Part shown: piece by piece, positions 21,766 through 33,949 of the stretch | Position numbering within the stretch: the first letter of the stretch is position 1 | Layout of the letters: each line of letters opens with the position of its first letter | Assembly (NCBI GenBank): GCA_946965045.2 | Contig: OX337237.1 | Location: 2,604,001-2,668,000 of the forward strand | Source: Epithemia pelagica | Taxonomy: Eukaryota > Protista > Bacillariophyta | Direction: 5' to 3' | DNA length: 64,000 nt | Notes under the pieces: generated by a model | Databases searched by the model: none | Told to the model about the DNA's origin: nothing | What the model saw: the letters and a program-made list of their open reading frames with translations, nothing else | Program-made: the position numbers and the translations under genes

Positions 21766-24006
21766 ATGCCACTATTCCTTCCAAGTCGTAGTAGTATTGG
21801 GTCTCCTGTTGTTGTTTGTTCCGTTCGCATTCCTCTGGTTGTTCTGGTTGCTGTTGTCATTCTATTATTTGGGAGGTGGAACAACGTCTTGTGTTGGACG
21901 ACCGAGCCATCCTTCACCATCACCTCGACCCGAATTGCCGTCACAGCCTTTTCATTGCCCCGTCGTTGTCGTCCACACCACCACCACCACCACCACCCAG
22001 TGACGAGTTGGTTCTCCTCCAAACAACACCAAGTGTCGTCGTCGTCATCTCCTCTCGGGTTGTCGCTGTGCCACCGAAACCATTGGGTCTGGACCACCAC
22101 CACCACTCCCTCGACACCAAACCAAACAAGACGACGACCAAGAAGAAGCATGGGTCCCTTGTGGTCGTCTCCCACCGAAACAACGGTCAAGACGGCACAG
22201 CACCACAAGAACAAACAACAACAACAACAAAAGACAAAGAAACGGTCCGAGGCACACGACCGAGAATGGAAGCAACGGGTCGAGACATTTTGTCAAGGCG
22301 TCTTGGATCCCGGTTATGTCCAATATCCCATTCAACCGACGACTATGGAAGCCGCTCGCGACTACAATCCCACACGGCCCCTGCCGCACTCGTGTGTGTC
22401 GGCGGCGGCGGCCCCGGCAACACTGGACCACGAACAACAACAACAACAACAAGACGAGAACCAGGAGGATGATTCCAGGCTGGACGATATGCCCCAAACG
22501 TTATTGCCGGGCACGCACAAACATTTGGGCGGTGCCTACGATCCCACGGATGGATGCATTTATGGCGTTCCCGCCAATGCCGCCAACATTTTGGTCTTGT
22601 ATCCTCGTCTCAAACAAGCACAACCATAGGGCAACAACAACGACGACGACCATTCTGTCCCATTTCGGCATCGGCCCACACTGCTCCAACATGTGCATTC
22701 GTACGATCCGACCCAACTCGACTATGGCATGACCTCCATTCCCTTGCCCGAGTCCATTGCCAATCGACGCTTCAAGTGGTTGCGAGGCATTGTCGTGCAT
22801 GGATACTTGTATGCCATTCCCGCCTGGGCCTCGGCCATTTTGTGTGTCGACCTGGACGCCTATTGGGGACGACGACCCCGAACCAAAGGACCACAACGAC
22901 CACCCAACCAGCCGGCCGGCCCATCCAACAGCAGCAGCAGCAATGACACGAATGTCGTCACCTTGATTCCCTTACCCGACGGCTATCCCACCGATCAACA
23001 ATGGCAATGGCATGGTGCCGGATTGAATCAAGACAAGACGGCCATTTATTGCATTCCCTCCAATGCCGAGTCGGTGCTCAAGGTGGATTTGACCACCCAT
23101 AGGTCCAGTTTGATTCCCATTGACGTCAATGCGGAGCGTTATCCGAATTATCGTCCCACTCTCAGCAACAAGTGGTATGGGGGTATTTTGGGATGGGACA
23201 ATTGTGTCTATGGCGTCCCCTATCGATCCTGTGCCGTCTTGTGCATTGATTGTACGACCGATACAGCCACGTTAATTGGACCCGATTTTGGCGTAGCCGG
23301 CTACAATTGGCATGGCGGCATTTTAGTCCAAGGCAAAATTTATGCCCATCCCTCCCATGCCGAACGAACCGTCCTGGTCATTGATACGACGACAAGGACT
23401 CCTCCAAACAAGGACAACAATGCCACTTGTTGTTTCGAATTGCCGATTGATGCCAAGGATACGACGGACAATGGCAACTCCCACAACCACGATACCCAAA
23501 CCACGACGACGACGACAACCACCACTCAAGAGACACCACCCACAACACTAGCCTCCCGCTACAAATGGTTGGGTGGCAGTATTGGGGCAGACGGCAACAT
23601 TTATTGTCCAGCCTGCGATACCACGGCCGTCTTGCAAATTAATGTCACGACGGATACCTGTACCACCTTTGGATTTACGGGAACGGACAAGAACAAGTGG
23701 CAAGGCGGTGTCTTGGCCAAGGATGGATGCATTTATTGCATTCCGGCATCGGGACGACATGTTCTCCGGATTGGTACCGTCGGATCGTCCAACCAGAATT
23801 CCACACCACCGTTGCAATTGTGGGGACACTTGCCGGCGCACAAGGACAAGTGGCAGGGGGGACATGTCGGTGTGGATGGCAAATTGTACTTTATTCCGGA
23901 AAATGGGTATCGCGTCTTGAGGGTCACGACACCGCTGGAACCACCTCCACAATTGATCCACCACAAGGAATTGCCCACGGACGATGTCGTGTTGGAATAC
24001 CTCTAA
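21766..24006 (+). CDS. Repeat beta-propeller-like protein interrupted by one in-frame TAG (22627-22629)
   Basis: ORFs 21526-22629 and 22693-24006 share a frame and the repeat unit (KW.GG(I/V)...DG.IY.IP) continues across the stop. There is an N-terminal hydrophobic segment. Confidence 0.7.
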
Positions 24007-24477
24007 CAAAAAGGAATGGAATGGAATGAATGAATGAATATTTGGGGATTGGAACCACCCAGCAAACCATGATTGTAACACCACCGCCTCCACAGTGTCA
24101 CCACACACGAAACCACCAGACAGTCCAGCCTTTTTTCCCTGGTCTCTTGTCCCACGTTTGGTTTCCTGGTAGGGACAAGCGGGGGACGATGGGAGAGACC
24201 TCATGGTGTTGTGGCGACAAGGACTACCTACCTACATGACGAACTCCATCATCACAGACGAGTCTACCCAACTGTCATGACGGGTGTGCTGGTTGTCCCT
24301 GTACTCCTACAACTAATTTGGTTTTCTTCCTGTGTTCTAGATGCAATGTGCTATAGTATTATAACGTTTTTTCAACATGTCTTGTTCGGTCCAGTATCGT
24401 GTTTGTGGTTGTGGTTTGTTATCCATTTTTTTGTGGTTGAGGTTGGCTTTTGGTCTACGTAGGTCTTCCCGTTCGAG

Positions 24478-25737
24478 TTACCCGGTATAACGCAACAACA
24501 TACCGTTGCTTCCCAGAGCCCATCCGGCATTGCCAAATTGGGGAAAGAACTTGACGGAATACAAGTTTCCAGCAAAGGCATTGGCACTCTTGTCAAAGTT
24601 GAATTTCTTACCCCCATCGGTACTGACATACATGGTATTGGATCCACCCACGGCCCAGACTTCATTGTTGTTGCGCCAGGCGACATCGGTAATGCCGTAT
24701 CCACCCGTTTTAATGTCGGCTTCAAAAAAGTCAAAGGTATCTCGGGTCAAATCGGGTTCGTTGGGACTGACCAGCAACTTGCCGCCATTCAAGGTCATCC
24801 ACAAGCCCTTTTTAATGTCGCCTTCGACAAAGCCCATGTTTTGAATCCGACGAGGCGTTCCTCGATTGTGGGGAATCCAAAATTCTTGACCGGGTTCCCA
24901 CGTCAAAAAAAAGTTGCCTCGACTGGATACGGCCAAGTACCCGCCATAATCGTCGCGGACCTGATTGATAATGGAACCGGTAAAGTACGAGGCGCCACTC
25001 ACGCCACTGGAAGAAATCCGATTGAGTGTCGCATCAATGGTTTCCCGGACTTGAGCCTTCCAATTGCGACCGGCATTTTCCGTTTCGTAAATGGCACCGG
25101 TCGATGTGATCATTTCCGCCTTGTTGGGGCCCAAGGCGACAATCGACGTGGGTTCGCCGGGCAATTTGGGCGAGAGGGGAATGCGTTCCCAGGTTTTGCC
25201 CGAATCCTTGGTATGCAAGAGCAACGTGGGTTTGCCCAAGACCCAGCCTTCGCCATCCTTGAAACTCAACACTTGAAATCGATACGTGACTTCTTCTTCG
25301 GCATCCAAATTGGAAAAGGATCGAGGTTCCCACGTTTTGCCCCCATCGTTGGTTTCGGCAAAGGCACCACGGGCACCCACCAAATAGCCATGCGTTTCCG
25401 AATCAAAATCAACATCGTACAAGGTATCTTCAAAGGGCAAATCGACCTTGGTCCACAGTTGCGTCGCCGCGGCCTGAGCGGGTGCCACCAAGGAAGTGGC
25501 AGTCGTGGTGGTCGCCACGGCGGCGGCCACAGCCGTGGCCGAAGCTTGTCCCAAAAAGGAACGACGGTCCTTGGTTGTAGGAGCTTCGTCGATGTCTGGT
25601 TGTTCGTCCACAAGGGGACTCATGGAACGAACGGCCGAACACGAACGACGGCTCGATGGCAGATTTCCCACTCCAAAAGCATTTGTAGTGGACAAGACTG
25701 TCCATCCAGAAACGAGAGAAAGCGCCAGTCTCATCAT
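24478..25737 (-). CDS. HCF136: Photosystem II assembly factor HCF136/Ycf48
   Basis: Motifs ETNDGGKTW, GWVLGKPTLLLHTKDSGKTWERIPLSPKLPG, AVSSRGNF and RRIQNMGF. Signal peptide ending TNA|F, transit peptide and twin-Arg lumen signal (RRSFLG...AQA). Confidence 0.97.
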   Translation of the reverse strand: MMRLALSLVSGWTVLSTTNAFGVGNLPSSRRSCSAVRSMSPLVDEQPDIDEAPTTKDRRSFLGQASATAVAAAVATTTTATSLVAPAQAAATQLWTKVDLPFEDTLYDVDFDSETHGYLVGARGAFAETNDGGKTWEPRSFSNLDAEEEVTYRFQVLSFKDGEGWVLGKPTLLLHTKDSGKTWERIPLSPKLPGEPTSIVALGPNKAEMITSTGAIYETENAGRNWKAQVRETIDATLNRISSSGVSGASYFTGSIINQVRDDYGGYLAVSSRGNFFLTWEPGQEFWIPHNRGTPRRIQNMGFVEGDIKKGLWMTLNGGKLLVSPNEPDLTRDTFDFFEADIKTGGYGITDVAWRNNNEVWAVGGSNTMYVSTDGGKKFNFDKSANAFAGNLYSVKFFPQFGNAGWALGSNGMLLRYTG

Positions 25738-26222
25738 TCTTATTATTCCAGTCAATGTCTCGATCCAAGAGCAAAAGTCTCTTGTTGTGGACAAGTAGTT
25801 ATGCTTCTATTACAAGAGGAACAAACGACCTCAGGAATGACGGCACGGCTTGATGTCAGGAGCGGAATGAATCAGAATGTCGTGTTGTCGTGTTTTGCGG
25901 TCCGATGAGAAAGTTGATGCAATCTGCAATCTGTGACACCCCAAGATCTGTGGTACATAATAGTTCTATATTCCTACTGAAAAGTTCACAGTGGACCACT
26001 GACGTACCACTCGTAAGATCAGAGTTTGGTCTTGGTCCCACAGTAGCTAGAGGAGAGAGGTAAACATAGCTAACATAGCAAGTACGGATAAAAAAAAGCC
26101 AAGCTTTTTTCGTTTTTTCTTTTGCGTCGCGAACCGAAAAATTCTAAATTATCCATCGCATCCATCATCCATCCATTCATCTTCTATTTGGTCTGGGTCT
26201 TCTCAACGACCGACAGTCTACC

Positions 26223-27938
26223 ATGATGGCCACACCCATGGAGAATGGGTGGTCGAACCATCCACAACCACAACAACAACAACCACAAGTACCACCAGTT
26301 CCACCCCAATGTTCGAACAAGCCCTTGTCGCCGTTTCGGACCGTCATTACGTCCTTTACGCCTCGTCGTCGACCCATTGTCCCTCCCCAACAACGCCCCT
26401 GGACGGGAGCTGACAATTTGCAACAATCGCAATTGTTATCGTCCTTGTCCGACCAGGATGATTGGTATGAACAAGGCGATTGGGTGCTGTGTTTGACCAC
26501 GAATGGTCCCGCATCGACCACAACTACGACGGCTTCCTCGGTGGCGTGTGCCTTGAGCAATGGACATGTTCAAGTGTACGATGCGGCACGATTGCAGTTG
26601 ATGCACTCGTTTGAACATGTCCCGAGCAATTCGACGACAAGAACGACGACAACCAGCAGCATCAGCAGCAACCGCAGTCGTTGCATTACCGATCTTCACT
26701 TTTCGTCGTCGGATCCCCAGTGTCTCGTGTCGAGTGCTTCGAATGGGACGCTTCAACTCTACGATCTACGACAAGCACAGCACAACAACACCAACAACAC
26801 CAACAATTGTGCATTGCACGTGCAACTACCGTCGGCCGCACTCAGTGTCTCGCTGGGCTATGAACACGGTCATTTGGCCGCCGTCGGAAGTACGCAAGGA
26901 CGCATTCAGTTTGTCGATTGGCGCCACGCATCCTCCTCCTCCTCCACGCAAACCAGCGCCGTGGTCGGTTCCTATGTCAATTGTCACCAGGACGATGTGA
27001 CTCATGTTCAATTTGTCTCGTCCTACAGTCCTTACTTGTTGTCTGCCTCGGAAGATGGCTTGGTGTGTTGGTTGGATACGACACAACCCACCGAAGAAGC
27101 CGCCGTGCAAGCCATTGTCAATGCCAATTGCCCCATTCGTCGGGTCGGTCTGTGTGGCGACCACACCAACACCAACAACTCTACCATTTATTGCCTGACG
27201 GGCAATGAAACGGTCCGTCTCTTTGCATTGCCATCGGCGCACAGTCTGGCACCGCCCTTGACCCGGGCCGATTTGACCCAGGCCTGGTCCTCATCGTCGT
27301 GGTCACACGAATGGCACGAATTTGACTATCTCGTCCAAACTGCTCATTGGGATTTCATGCACCAGGAATTGCTCGTCGTGGCCGGTGGACGACGACAAGG
27401 ACAATCACAAGCACAACAACATTCAAGTGGCGATGGTGCCTTGTTTCGCATCAGGCCACCGTCCTTGGGGAGGCCGGAAGACGATGGATACGACACGACC
27501 ATGCAACAGTCGTCGTCGTCGTTGGATCCTAACGAGCCATTCATCGAACGGCAGCAGAAGCCCCTCTTACAACCGTTGGAATCCTTGGTGGGTGGACACC
27601 AGGGTGTCCTCCGGGCCTGGTCACCCGTAACGACCGATGGTACCACACTGGTGACGGCGGGAGAAGATGCCCGATTGTGTGAATGGCGGCGGCCCCCCGT
27701 CGGTGTGGGGGAAACCACCCTGGACGACGACATCATGGCCACAACGACCACCCTGACCACAACCACAATGACAAGGACGCCGCCGTCTCTGGTGGGTACC
27801 AAACGACCCCCCTGTTCCCCCTCATCGTCGTCCTCATCGTCATCCCCGTCGGCCCTGTGCGTTCCCCCGGGAAGTGGTGGTGGGGGACCCTTACGACGAC
27901 GACAACGACCCAAAACGTCCTTGTCGTCGCCGTATTGA
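26223..27938 (+). CDS. WD40-repeat protein (WDR89-like)
   Basis: Motifs LVSSASNGTLQLYDLR, CHQDDVTHVQF..LLSASEDGLV and GHQGVLRAW..LVTAGEDARLCEW. Confidence 0.8.
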   Translation: MMATPMENGWSNHPQPQQQQPQVPPVPPQCSNKPLSPFRTVITSFTPRRRPIVPPQQRPWTGADNLQQSQLLSSLSDQDDWYEQGDWVLCLTTNGPASTTTTTASSVACALSNGHVQVYDAARLQLMHSFEHVPSNSTTRTTTTSSISSNRSRCITDLHFSSSDPQCLVSSASNGTLQLYDLRQAQHNNTNNTNNCALHVQLPSAALSVSLGYEHGHLAAVGSTQGRIQFVDWRHASSSSSTQTSAVVGSYVNCHQDDVTHVQFVSSYSPYLLSASEDGLVCWLDTTQPTEEAAVQAIVNANCPIRRVGLCGDHTNTNNSTIYCLTGNETVRLFALPSAHSLAPPLTRADLTQAWSSSSWSHEWHEFDYLVQTAHWDFMHQELLVVAGGRRQGQSQAQQHSSGDGALFRIRPPSLGRPEDDGYDTTMQQSSSSLDPNEPFIERQQKPLLQPLESLVGGHQGVLRAWSPVTTDGTTLVTAGEDARLCEWRRPPVGVGETTLDDDIMATTTTLTTTTMTRTPPSLVGTKRPPCSPSSSSSSSSPSALCVPPGSGGGGPLRRRQRPKTSLSSPY

Positions 27939-28622
27939 CCAACCACACAAACAAACTCGAGTGGGGCTGGGTCTGCAACGACCCGATTCACGCGAATACG
28001 ATGGGCAACGACTGGACCAATGATTTCGGCAGCGCACAGTTCTGTTTGTGGTTCCCAACACTGTCAACCACAGGTCTCCCCCGACCGACCAATGGCGTTT
28101 CTTCTGGCGCACGCAACCTTTGACTCTGGTGTCGACCAAGTCATGTGTGTGTGTGTGCCGCGTCTCGTTTTCGGTAGCCTCACACGGCCCATGGCGCGGC
28201 AGAGCCAACGGAATGCGTTATCAGCGCCATTCTCATCTCCCGGTGGATAATGCGAGAGTCATGACAGACTTTTTGGCTTTGTATTTCAAACTCATGAAAG
28301 GCACTCCTACCAACAAGGCTTGATCGTTTTATGGTGTTTCTTTGAAACGACACAAGTCTTTTGGTCACTCACAAATCCACACGCTTGGGCGGTGGAGAGA
28401 TAAAAGTAGTTTGCGTTGACATGTAGAGCTGGTGGGTGCCCCTCTGGCACATGATGACCAACATTGGATGGCGTAAAGGAACGGGGAACGTGGAACTGAA
28501 CGAGGCCTAAGAAGGAACCAAACTGCAGTTTGTACAATAGTCGGTATTTCTAATAGGATTTGTGGTAGCATACCAAATCTTTCTTGTTCGGGCCATCTAT
28601 TATATGTTGTCTTCTTGCTTCT

Positions 28623-30455
28623 CTAGAGTCCCTCGGGAAAGGCCAAAAAGGTTTGGGGCGAGGTGGGAGCCTGGTTGTTGCTTCCCCTTGTCAAGGACGG
28701 TCGTCGTCGGGGAGACAGAGGAGGCAATCCCAAAGCTCCGGGTGGTGATCGAGGCCAAGAATGACTTCCACACGAGGAGGATGGGGACCAGGGTGGTGAC
28801 GAAAAGCTCTCATATGGCTTTTGCTGCTGCTGTCGAGTGGGAGAGAGTGGTGCTTCGCCACCAGCGGATGGTGACATGGTCAAACCATTCAATTTGCCTT
28901 GGCGTTGCCGTCGTTGATTCTTCTTTTTGGTGGGGGAGCCAAGAATACTGTTGGTGTTGTTGCTGGTGGTCAACCCTCGTTTGGTGGGTGACTTGGTCTC
29001 CACGACCATCATGGCACTAGTCTTGTTGGGTTTGGTGGGTGATGGACGACACGAAATTGCCACCACATGATTCCTTGTCTTTACGGGGGACGTGGTACAG
29101 GCCATGACTTGATTCGAGGAGGAAGCATTCGATGCCGATGTAAAGGAAGAAATGGGAGAAATCACCGGCGTGGGAGGACTTTCGGATCGAACGGGACTCT
29201 TCAATGGTGACACAGGAACAAGGGCTGTCGTAGGATAGACCTTGGTGGTTGGAGTGGATACTGGTTCGGCAAGAATCAAGGAAGTTCGTTTGGGAGATAG
29301 TGGAACAATACTTGTAGTATCGTGTACCGATTTGGGAGTTTGGGGGAATGTGATTTGTTGGAGTGGCTGTTCGGGTCCCAGTTTCTTGACGACGACGACT
29401 TGTTGTTGTTGTCGAGATTGCCATCGTACTTGCAGACGCGTTTCGGCGGGAATAATATGACACAAGCGACATGTGGGATTGTCGCATTGGACAAAATGAT
29501 TCCAAATGGATCGTGATTTGTGGCATCCCGGAACCAAACATTGATCCGTCTGACAGGTTCGAACATGGCTATACAATCGTCTCCGGGCCGCACAATGGGA
29601 CGGTTTGGCACAAAGGCACTGTGAGGAGGAATTGTGAAAACATAGGGCGGCATCGATCAAGGCTTGCAACTTTCGTTGGTCGGCATCCAAATTGCGAGTG
29701 GTTGCATCGTCTCTCTCCTTCTGTTTCCAACTGCTGTTACTCGCTATCGTTCGATCTTGCAATGTATTTGAGTCGGTAGCTACGGAGACTATCGAAGTAG
29801 TATCCTTTTCATGTTCCATAGCGTTTCTCATCATCATGGGCACTGGTTTGGCAGTGGTTGTCGAGGGTGTCGTAGAAGGAGGAAGAGTACTGACAGTCTG
29901 TGGTTTCAAAATGGTTTCGGTTTCCATGGAGGGGCACAGACTTTGTGTTGTCGGTGCTCCTATCGATGCTTGTGTTTCGGTAGAACTCGTCGTCGTGGCT
30001 CGAACATGTTTGAGTGGCACGAGTGGCTTGTGTGGACGATCCTGTGTAGAGTGTTGTTGTTGTTGTTGCTTCAACGAAGAAAGGATTCTTGGAGGTTCTT
30101 CCATAGAGTCGACAGTGTTGGTAATTCGTAAATGATTTGTGGTTGACTGTTCTTGTTGAATGTTTCGTGGGAGTAATGGATTGGGAGTCCCATCAAAGGA
30201 ATAGGTTTCCGTCATGGTGAGTTTTGATATTTCGTCGTCGTGGGAAGTACTTGTGGTAATATGGGAAACTGGAAACCGTACAGTAGATCGTTCTTGTCGT
30301 TCTTGTTCTTCTTGTTGCTTTGCAAACTTTTGGGGTGGTGTCGTTTGATGAGTTGGGGTGGTGGTTGTGGGTGAGCCAGATGTTGCGGCTGCGGCAAATC
30401 GATCCAAGGCCAACACAAGGGCATTCTCCTTGTAGAATTGCGATCCACAACCCAT
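28623..30455 (-). CDS. Low-complexity protein with TAZ-like zinc finger
   Basis: H/C pattern HVRTCQTDQCLVPGC...HFVQCDNPTCRLC, preceded by CFH..C.C...HC. Likely start MGCGSQ. Confidence 0.7.
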   Translation of the reverse strand: MGCGSQFYKENALVLALDRFAAAATSGSPTTTTPTHQTTPPQKFAKQQEEQERQERSTVRFPVSHITTSTSHDDEISKLTMTETYSFDGTPNPLLPRNIQQEQSTTNHLRITNTVDSMEEPPRILSSLKQQQQQHSTQDRPHKPLVPLKHVRATTTSSTETQASIGAPTTQSLCPSMETETILKPQTVSTLPPSTTPSTTTAKPVPMMMRNAMEHEKDTTSIVSVATDSNTLQDRTIASNSSWKQKERDDATTRNLDADQRKLQALIDAALCFHNSSSQCLCAKPSHCAARRRLYSHVRTCQTDQCLVPGCHKSRSIWNHFVQCDNPTCRLCHIIPAETRLQVRWQSRQQQQVVVVKKLGPEQPLQQITFPQTPKSVHDTTSIVPLSPKRTSLILAEPVSTPTTKVYPTTALVPVSPLKSPVRSESPPTPVISPISSFTSASNASSSNQVMACTTSPVKTRNHVVAISCRPSPTKPNKTSAMMVVETKSPTKRGLTTSNNTNSILGSPTKKKNQRRQRQGKLNGLTMSPSAGGEAPLSPTRQQQQKPYESFSSPPWSPSSSCGSHSWPRSPPGALGLPPLSPRRRPSLTRGSNNQAPTSPQTFLAFPEGL

Positions 30456-30614
30456 GGACCGTTCTTCCTGTGGTTCTAAAAACAACAATCGATCCATGGA
30501 CAACATATGGAAACAGGCATTCATGATTGGTGGTTGTTGCAGGGGAGGAGGAGTTGGTTCCGGGTATGGTCGTTGTTGTGCTACAACGAACGTTGTATCA
30601 ATTTGTCAACAGCT

Positions 30615-30677
30615 GTTGGTTGGTTGGTTGGTTGGTTGGTTGGTTGGTTGGTTGGTTGGTTGGTTGGTTGGTTGGTT
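30615..30677. repeat. (GGTT)n microsatellite, about 15 units
   Basis: Perfect tetranucleotide run upstream of the TAZ gene. Confidence 0.95.
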
Positions 30678-31330
30678 CTGAAATAAGACTACTCCATCCA
30701 CTGTTGTTTGTGAAAAAGTGGCAACCGAACGAATCTCTCAAACTTGTGGTTTTCTAAAACTATTCTCACAAAAAAGAGAGAGTTCCAACGCACTGCTTCT
30801 CACGACAGATGCCCTTGCTATTCAGTTTGTGAGACGTCCCACCTATCAAAAGAGAGACGCAACGCGCGCGTACCATGTGTCTTTCACCGTATTGCTCCCG
30901 GGATCTTTTCCCTTCCACGACGAGCCACTCCGACTGCGCATGCATGTTTATGGAGAATCCGATTACGCCCAAGCCAAGGCGCGCCAAATTGAAACAATCA
31001 ATTAGATGGTCCCAAGACTGTCCAGGCGGAGACGAACCTCTCAGAGTCCGTTGAATTACTATTTAACCATGTGTGTTGGATGATGTTTGGTCTTGGTCAT
31101 ACTTCCAAATGGAGCATGTTGGATCGGCAACTGGATCTTCTGTGGGGATGACGGCACAGAAGACTACCTGCAATCTGGCATTCTATCCTACACCTACCAC
31201 CTACAAGCCTCTCCCAAATACTCCTACTAGAGGAGTAGAAAGGCAAGCTGAACGCCATACATCAAGAGGATGATGGGTAAACAATTGTGGATACTACAAT
31301 ACGTGTACCACTACAGCTTGTAATTATGCA

Positions 31331-31773
31331 GATGATAGTTCGCAAGATCTCGTATGTCACCCCAAAGCTCTTCTTGCCAGATTCTCGTAGTACGAACAAA
31401 GCCATATGCTCGTCAGTGTAGATGATGTAGATGATACTTCGCAACATCGCCCAAAGCTCTTCCTGCCAGACGGTCGCAGTACGAACAAAGCCAGTGTAGA
31501 TGCAGATGATAGTTTGAAACATCTCGTATGTCAGCCCAAAGCTCTTCCTGCCAGACGGTGTAGTACGAACAAAGCCATATGTTCGTCAGAGTAGATGCAG
31601 ATGATAGTTCGCAACATCGACCAAAGCTCTTCCTGCCAGAGGGTTGTCACAAGAACAAGAGGCCATATGCTCGTCAGTGTAGATGCAGATGATAGTTCAC
31701 AACATCTCATATGTCAAGATCCCTTTGCCCTTTGCCCAGAAAGCTCTTCCTGTCAGACGGTACGAAGACAATC
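31331..31773. repeat. Degenerate tandem array, five units of about 75-99 bp
   Basis: Units start GATGATA at 31331, 31430, 31505, 31600 and 31688 and share CCAAAGCTCTTCCTGCCAGA. Confidence 0.85.
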
Positions 31774-32120
31774 TGTCACCAGTGTACTTGTAGGTGTGTG
31801 TAAAGATACCATTCTTTCCGCAAGATGGTTGAGTTGTCCACCCTACGAAATGGCCTTTTTGTTGAGGTTTCAGTCAGAGAGTTCCAGAATAGGAAATAGG
31901 AAAAGCTTTTTTCTCGTTTTGAGTCTGTCTCACATTTTCAAATCTAGGAGTATCTTTTCCTGTCCGATTGCGAACGGCAACAACTGCTACGCCGAAGCAT
32001 GATGACCATGGTATGTAGTCTTTCATCTCCATCTCTGACTCTGATGTCATTTACGTTCGCGACGACTGCATGAGGAACGGAGTTTTGCTCACAATGTTGC
32101 CGTTTTTCGGATTCAATTTA

Positions 32121-33102
32121 ATGCGTATTTGCTGCGAATAGCCACACAGAAACAGTTGTTACTCCATTCTCCTGATCCCCGTGATCCTCATGACCTCCGC
32201 TAATGGAGCTGGCGACAAATGCAATGGTCACGGCCATACGCACGGAAACTGGTGTCACTGTGACGAGGGTTTTGTCAGGGAGCCAGCAGACCCAATGTCT
32301 TGTGCCAACGAGAGCTGGAATCCTTGTGAGACATCAGTGGAAGGAGATTTTATCTTTCAAAAAATGGACTTTCTTCCATCGGGAATTCCTTCTGGAATTG
32401 GAAGTGATGCATCTGTCGCGGCAGGGTCGGAGCTTTACGATGTTTACGGTGCCTTGCTTCATACAATTGAACATCCCGACGTTATCTCTTCTTTTGGATC
32501 GACCGCGATTCGAGGTGTCAGCCATGATGAACGTGTTGTTGGTGGATATTGTGAGAATTGCCAAGATTCGGAAGGGGTGTATGGATTCAGGTGGGAAAAC
32601 GAGGTTTTCGAAGTCTTTGATGCCTATAAAGGGTTCGTTCTGAATACTTCTGATTGGTCTTATCGGGACCAAACCCTAACAGCCGAGAACGCGAATGGCG
32701 ACGTAGTCGGCCATTACTGGGATGATGGTGGGATACCAAGCCTTTACAGTGGTCAATGGGGTGTATACCAAAGTTCCAGTGGACTCTGGCTTTATCTTTG
32801 CATGGGCAATCACCGATAATGGCAGTGTTGGAGGTCGAGGTCGTCTGACACAAGGATCTAGGTCACCAACAGGTTTTTGGTTGTCTCCCGATGGAAACAC
32901 CGTGAATACCATTGCACCCGAGGATACCACTCTAAGCTCGGTAGAAGGCTTGGCTCCGCACAGTGGACCCGTGGAAGCCATTGCAGTATATTATCTTCCG
33001 CCTGAATATGCTTATTTGGACAACAGCGACCGCAAATATGCTGGATTCATTGCTGATACATCTGGCAAAAGGTTATGTTCCCTGGTTCAGAGCATACCAT
33101 GA
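32121..33102 (+). pseudogene. Secreted Cys/His-rich EGF-like + HAF-like repeat protein, disrupted
   Basis: ATG at 32121 with in-frame TAG at 32139, signal-like hydrophobic stretch, CNGHGHTHGNWCHCDEGF, and repeats RGVSHDERVVGG / NANGDVVGHY / ITDNGSVGG. Frameshift near 32735. No introns seen. Confidence 0.6.
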
Positions 33103-33949
33103 TAATGGGAATGACGGATCGTTGTACCCTCATTGGATGGACTGCAGAAAACTGCTTTTTTGGCCATTCCTCGCAACCCACTTTCTGTCACGCAAACACC
33201 AACCACCGCTCCAACTCCAACCACTAGTTCGGCATTGTTTCACAAAACAGGACGATGGATGCTGATGATGACCACAGTAGCCACTTTGATCATACATGGA
33301 TAGAGCAAAGTGCAACCGTTGTTGTTGAAGTCCGTCGTCATTCCTCTTTCAACCAGTGAATCGGCCACCACGGAGAATTCTGGATTCTACAGCTGAACAC
33401 AGAGCACCAATGGTACTTCTGCCGTCAGTTGTCACGGCAATCTTCTTTGTCCATTTATCTTTTAGATGGAAGCGTAAATAAGAACATTTTATATGTCCAT
33501 TGTCACAGCTGACCCTCGCTGCAGCTTGGCACCAGAAATGAAGAGCATGGATCGGCAACTGGATCTTGTGTGGGGATCAGAATACTCTTAACTACTACTT
33601 CTTACAGTTCCTTAGACTACCCGCTAGATCTGGCCCTGCAAGCCTGGAAAGACAAAGCTTATCGCCATACGTAAAGAGGACGGGTAAACAAATGGGGGCA
33701 CTACCGGTACAGTTTGTATTCATAATTGATAGATGATCGCATTCGAATTAACTATCGAATGTTTGGACGGTGGTTCTACCAACACACGGTAGCGGACTCG
33801 CAGTTTCTACTCCCTGTGGAACGAGCTTGGTTCCGTTTATGAAATGATACATTGGAACAACCAACAAAATTATAATTTGAGAACGATGAAAGCAACAGCG
33901 TAACAAGCACACACGCCAATCATGAGTCTGCATTGTACTTTTAGCGGGG

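Noticed and set aside
12880-22632. Shared readthrough signal because both in-frame stops are followed by GGC
   Set aside because: Two cases with different stop codons in unrelated genes are compatible with chance.
24538-25908. Long antisense ORFs (also 988-1854, 2455-3438, 11626-12696, 18672-19571)
   Set aside because: These are shadow ORFs opposite well-supported genes, with no recognisable motifs.
30615-30677. Telomeric repeat
   Set aside because: It is a short internal (GGTT)n microsatellite, not a TTAGGG-type terminal array.
31331-31773. CRISPR array
   Set aside because: Units are degenerate over their whole length, with no constant repeat and unique spacers and no cas genes.
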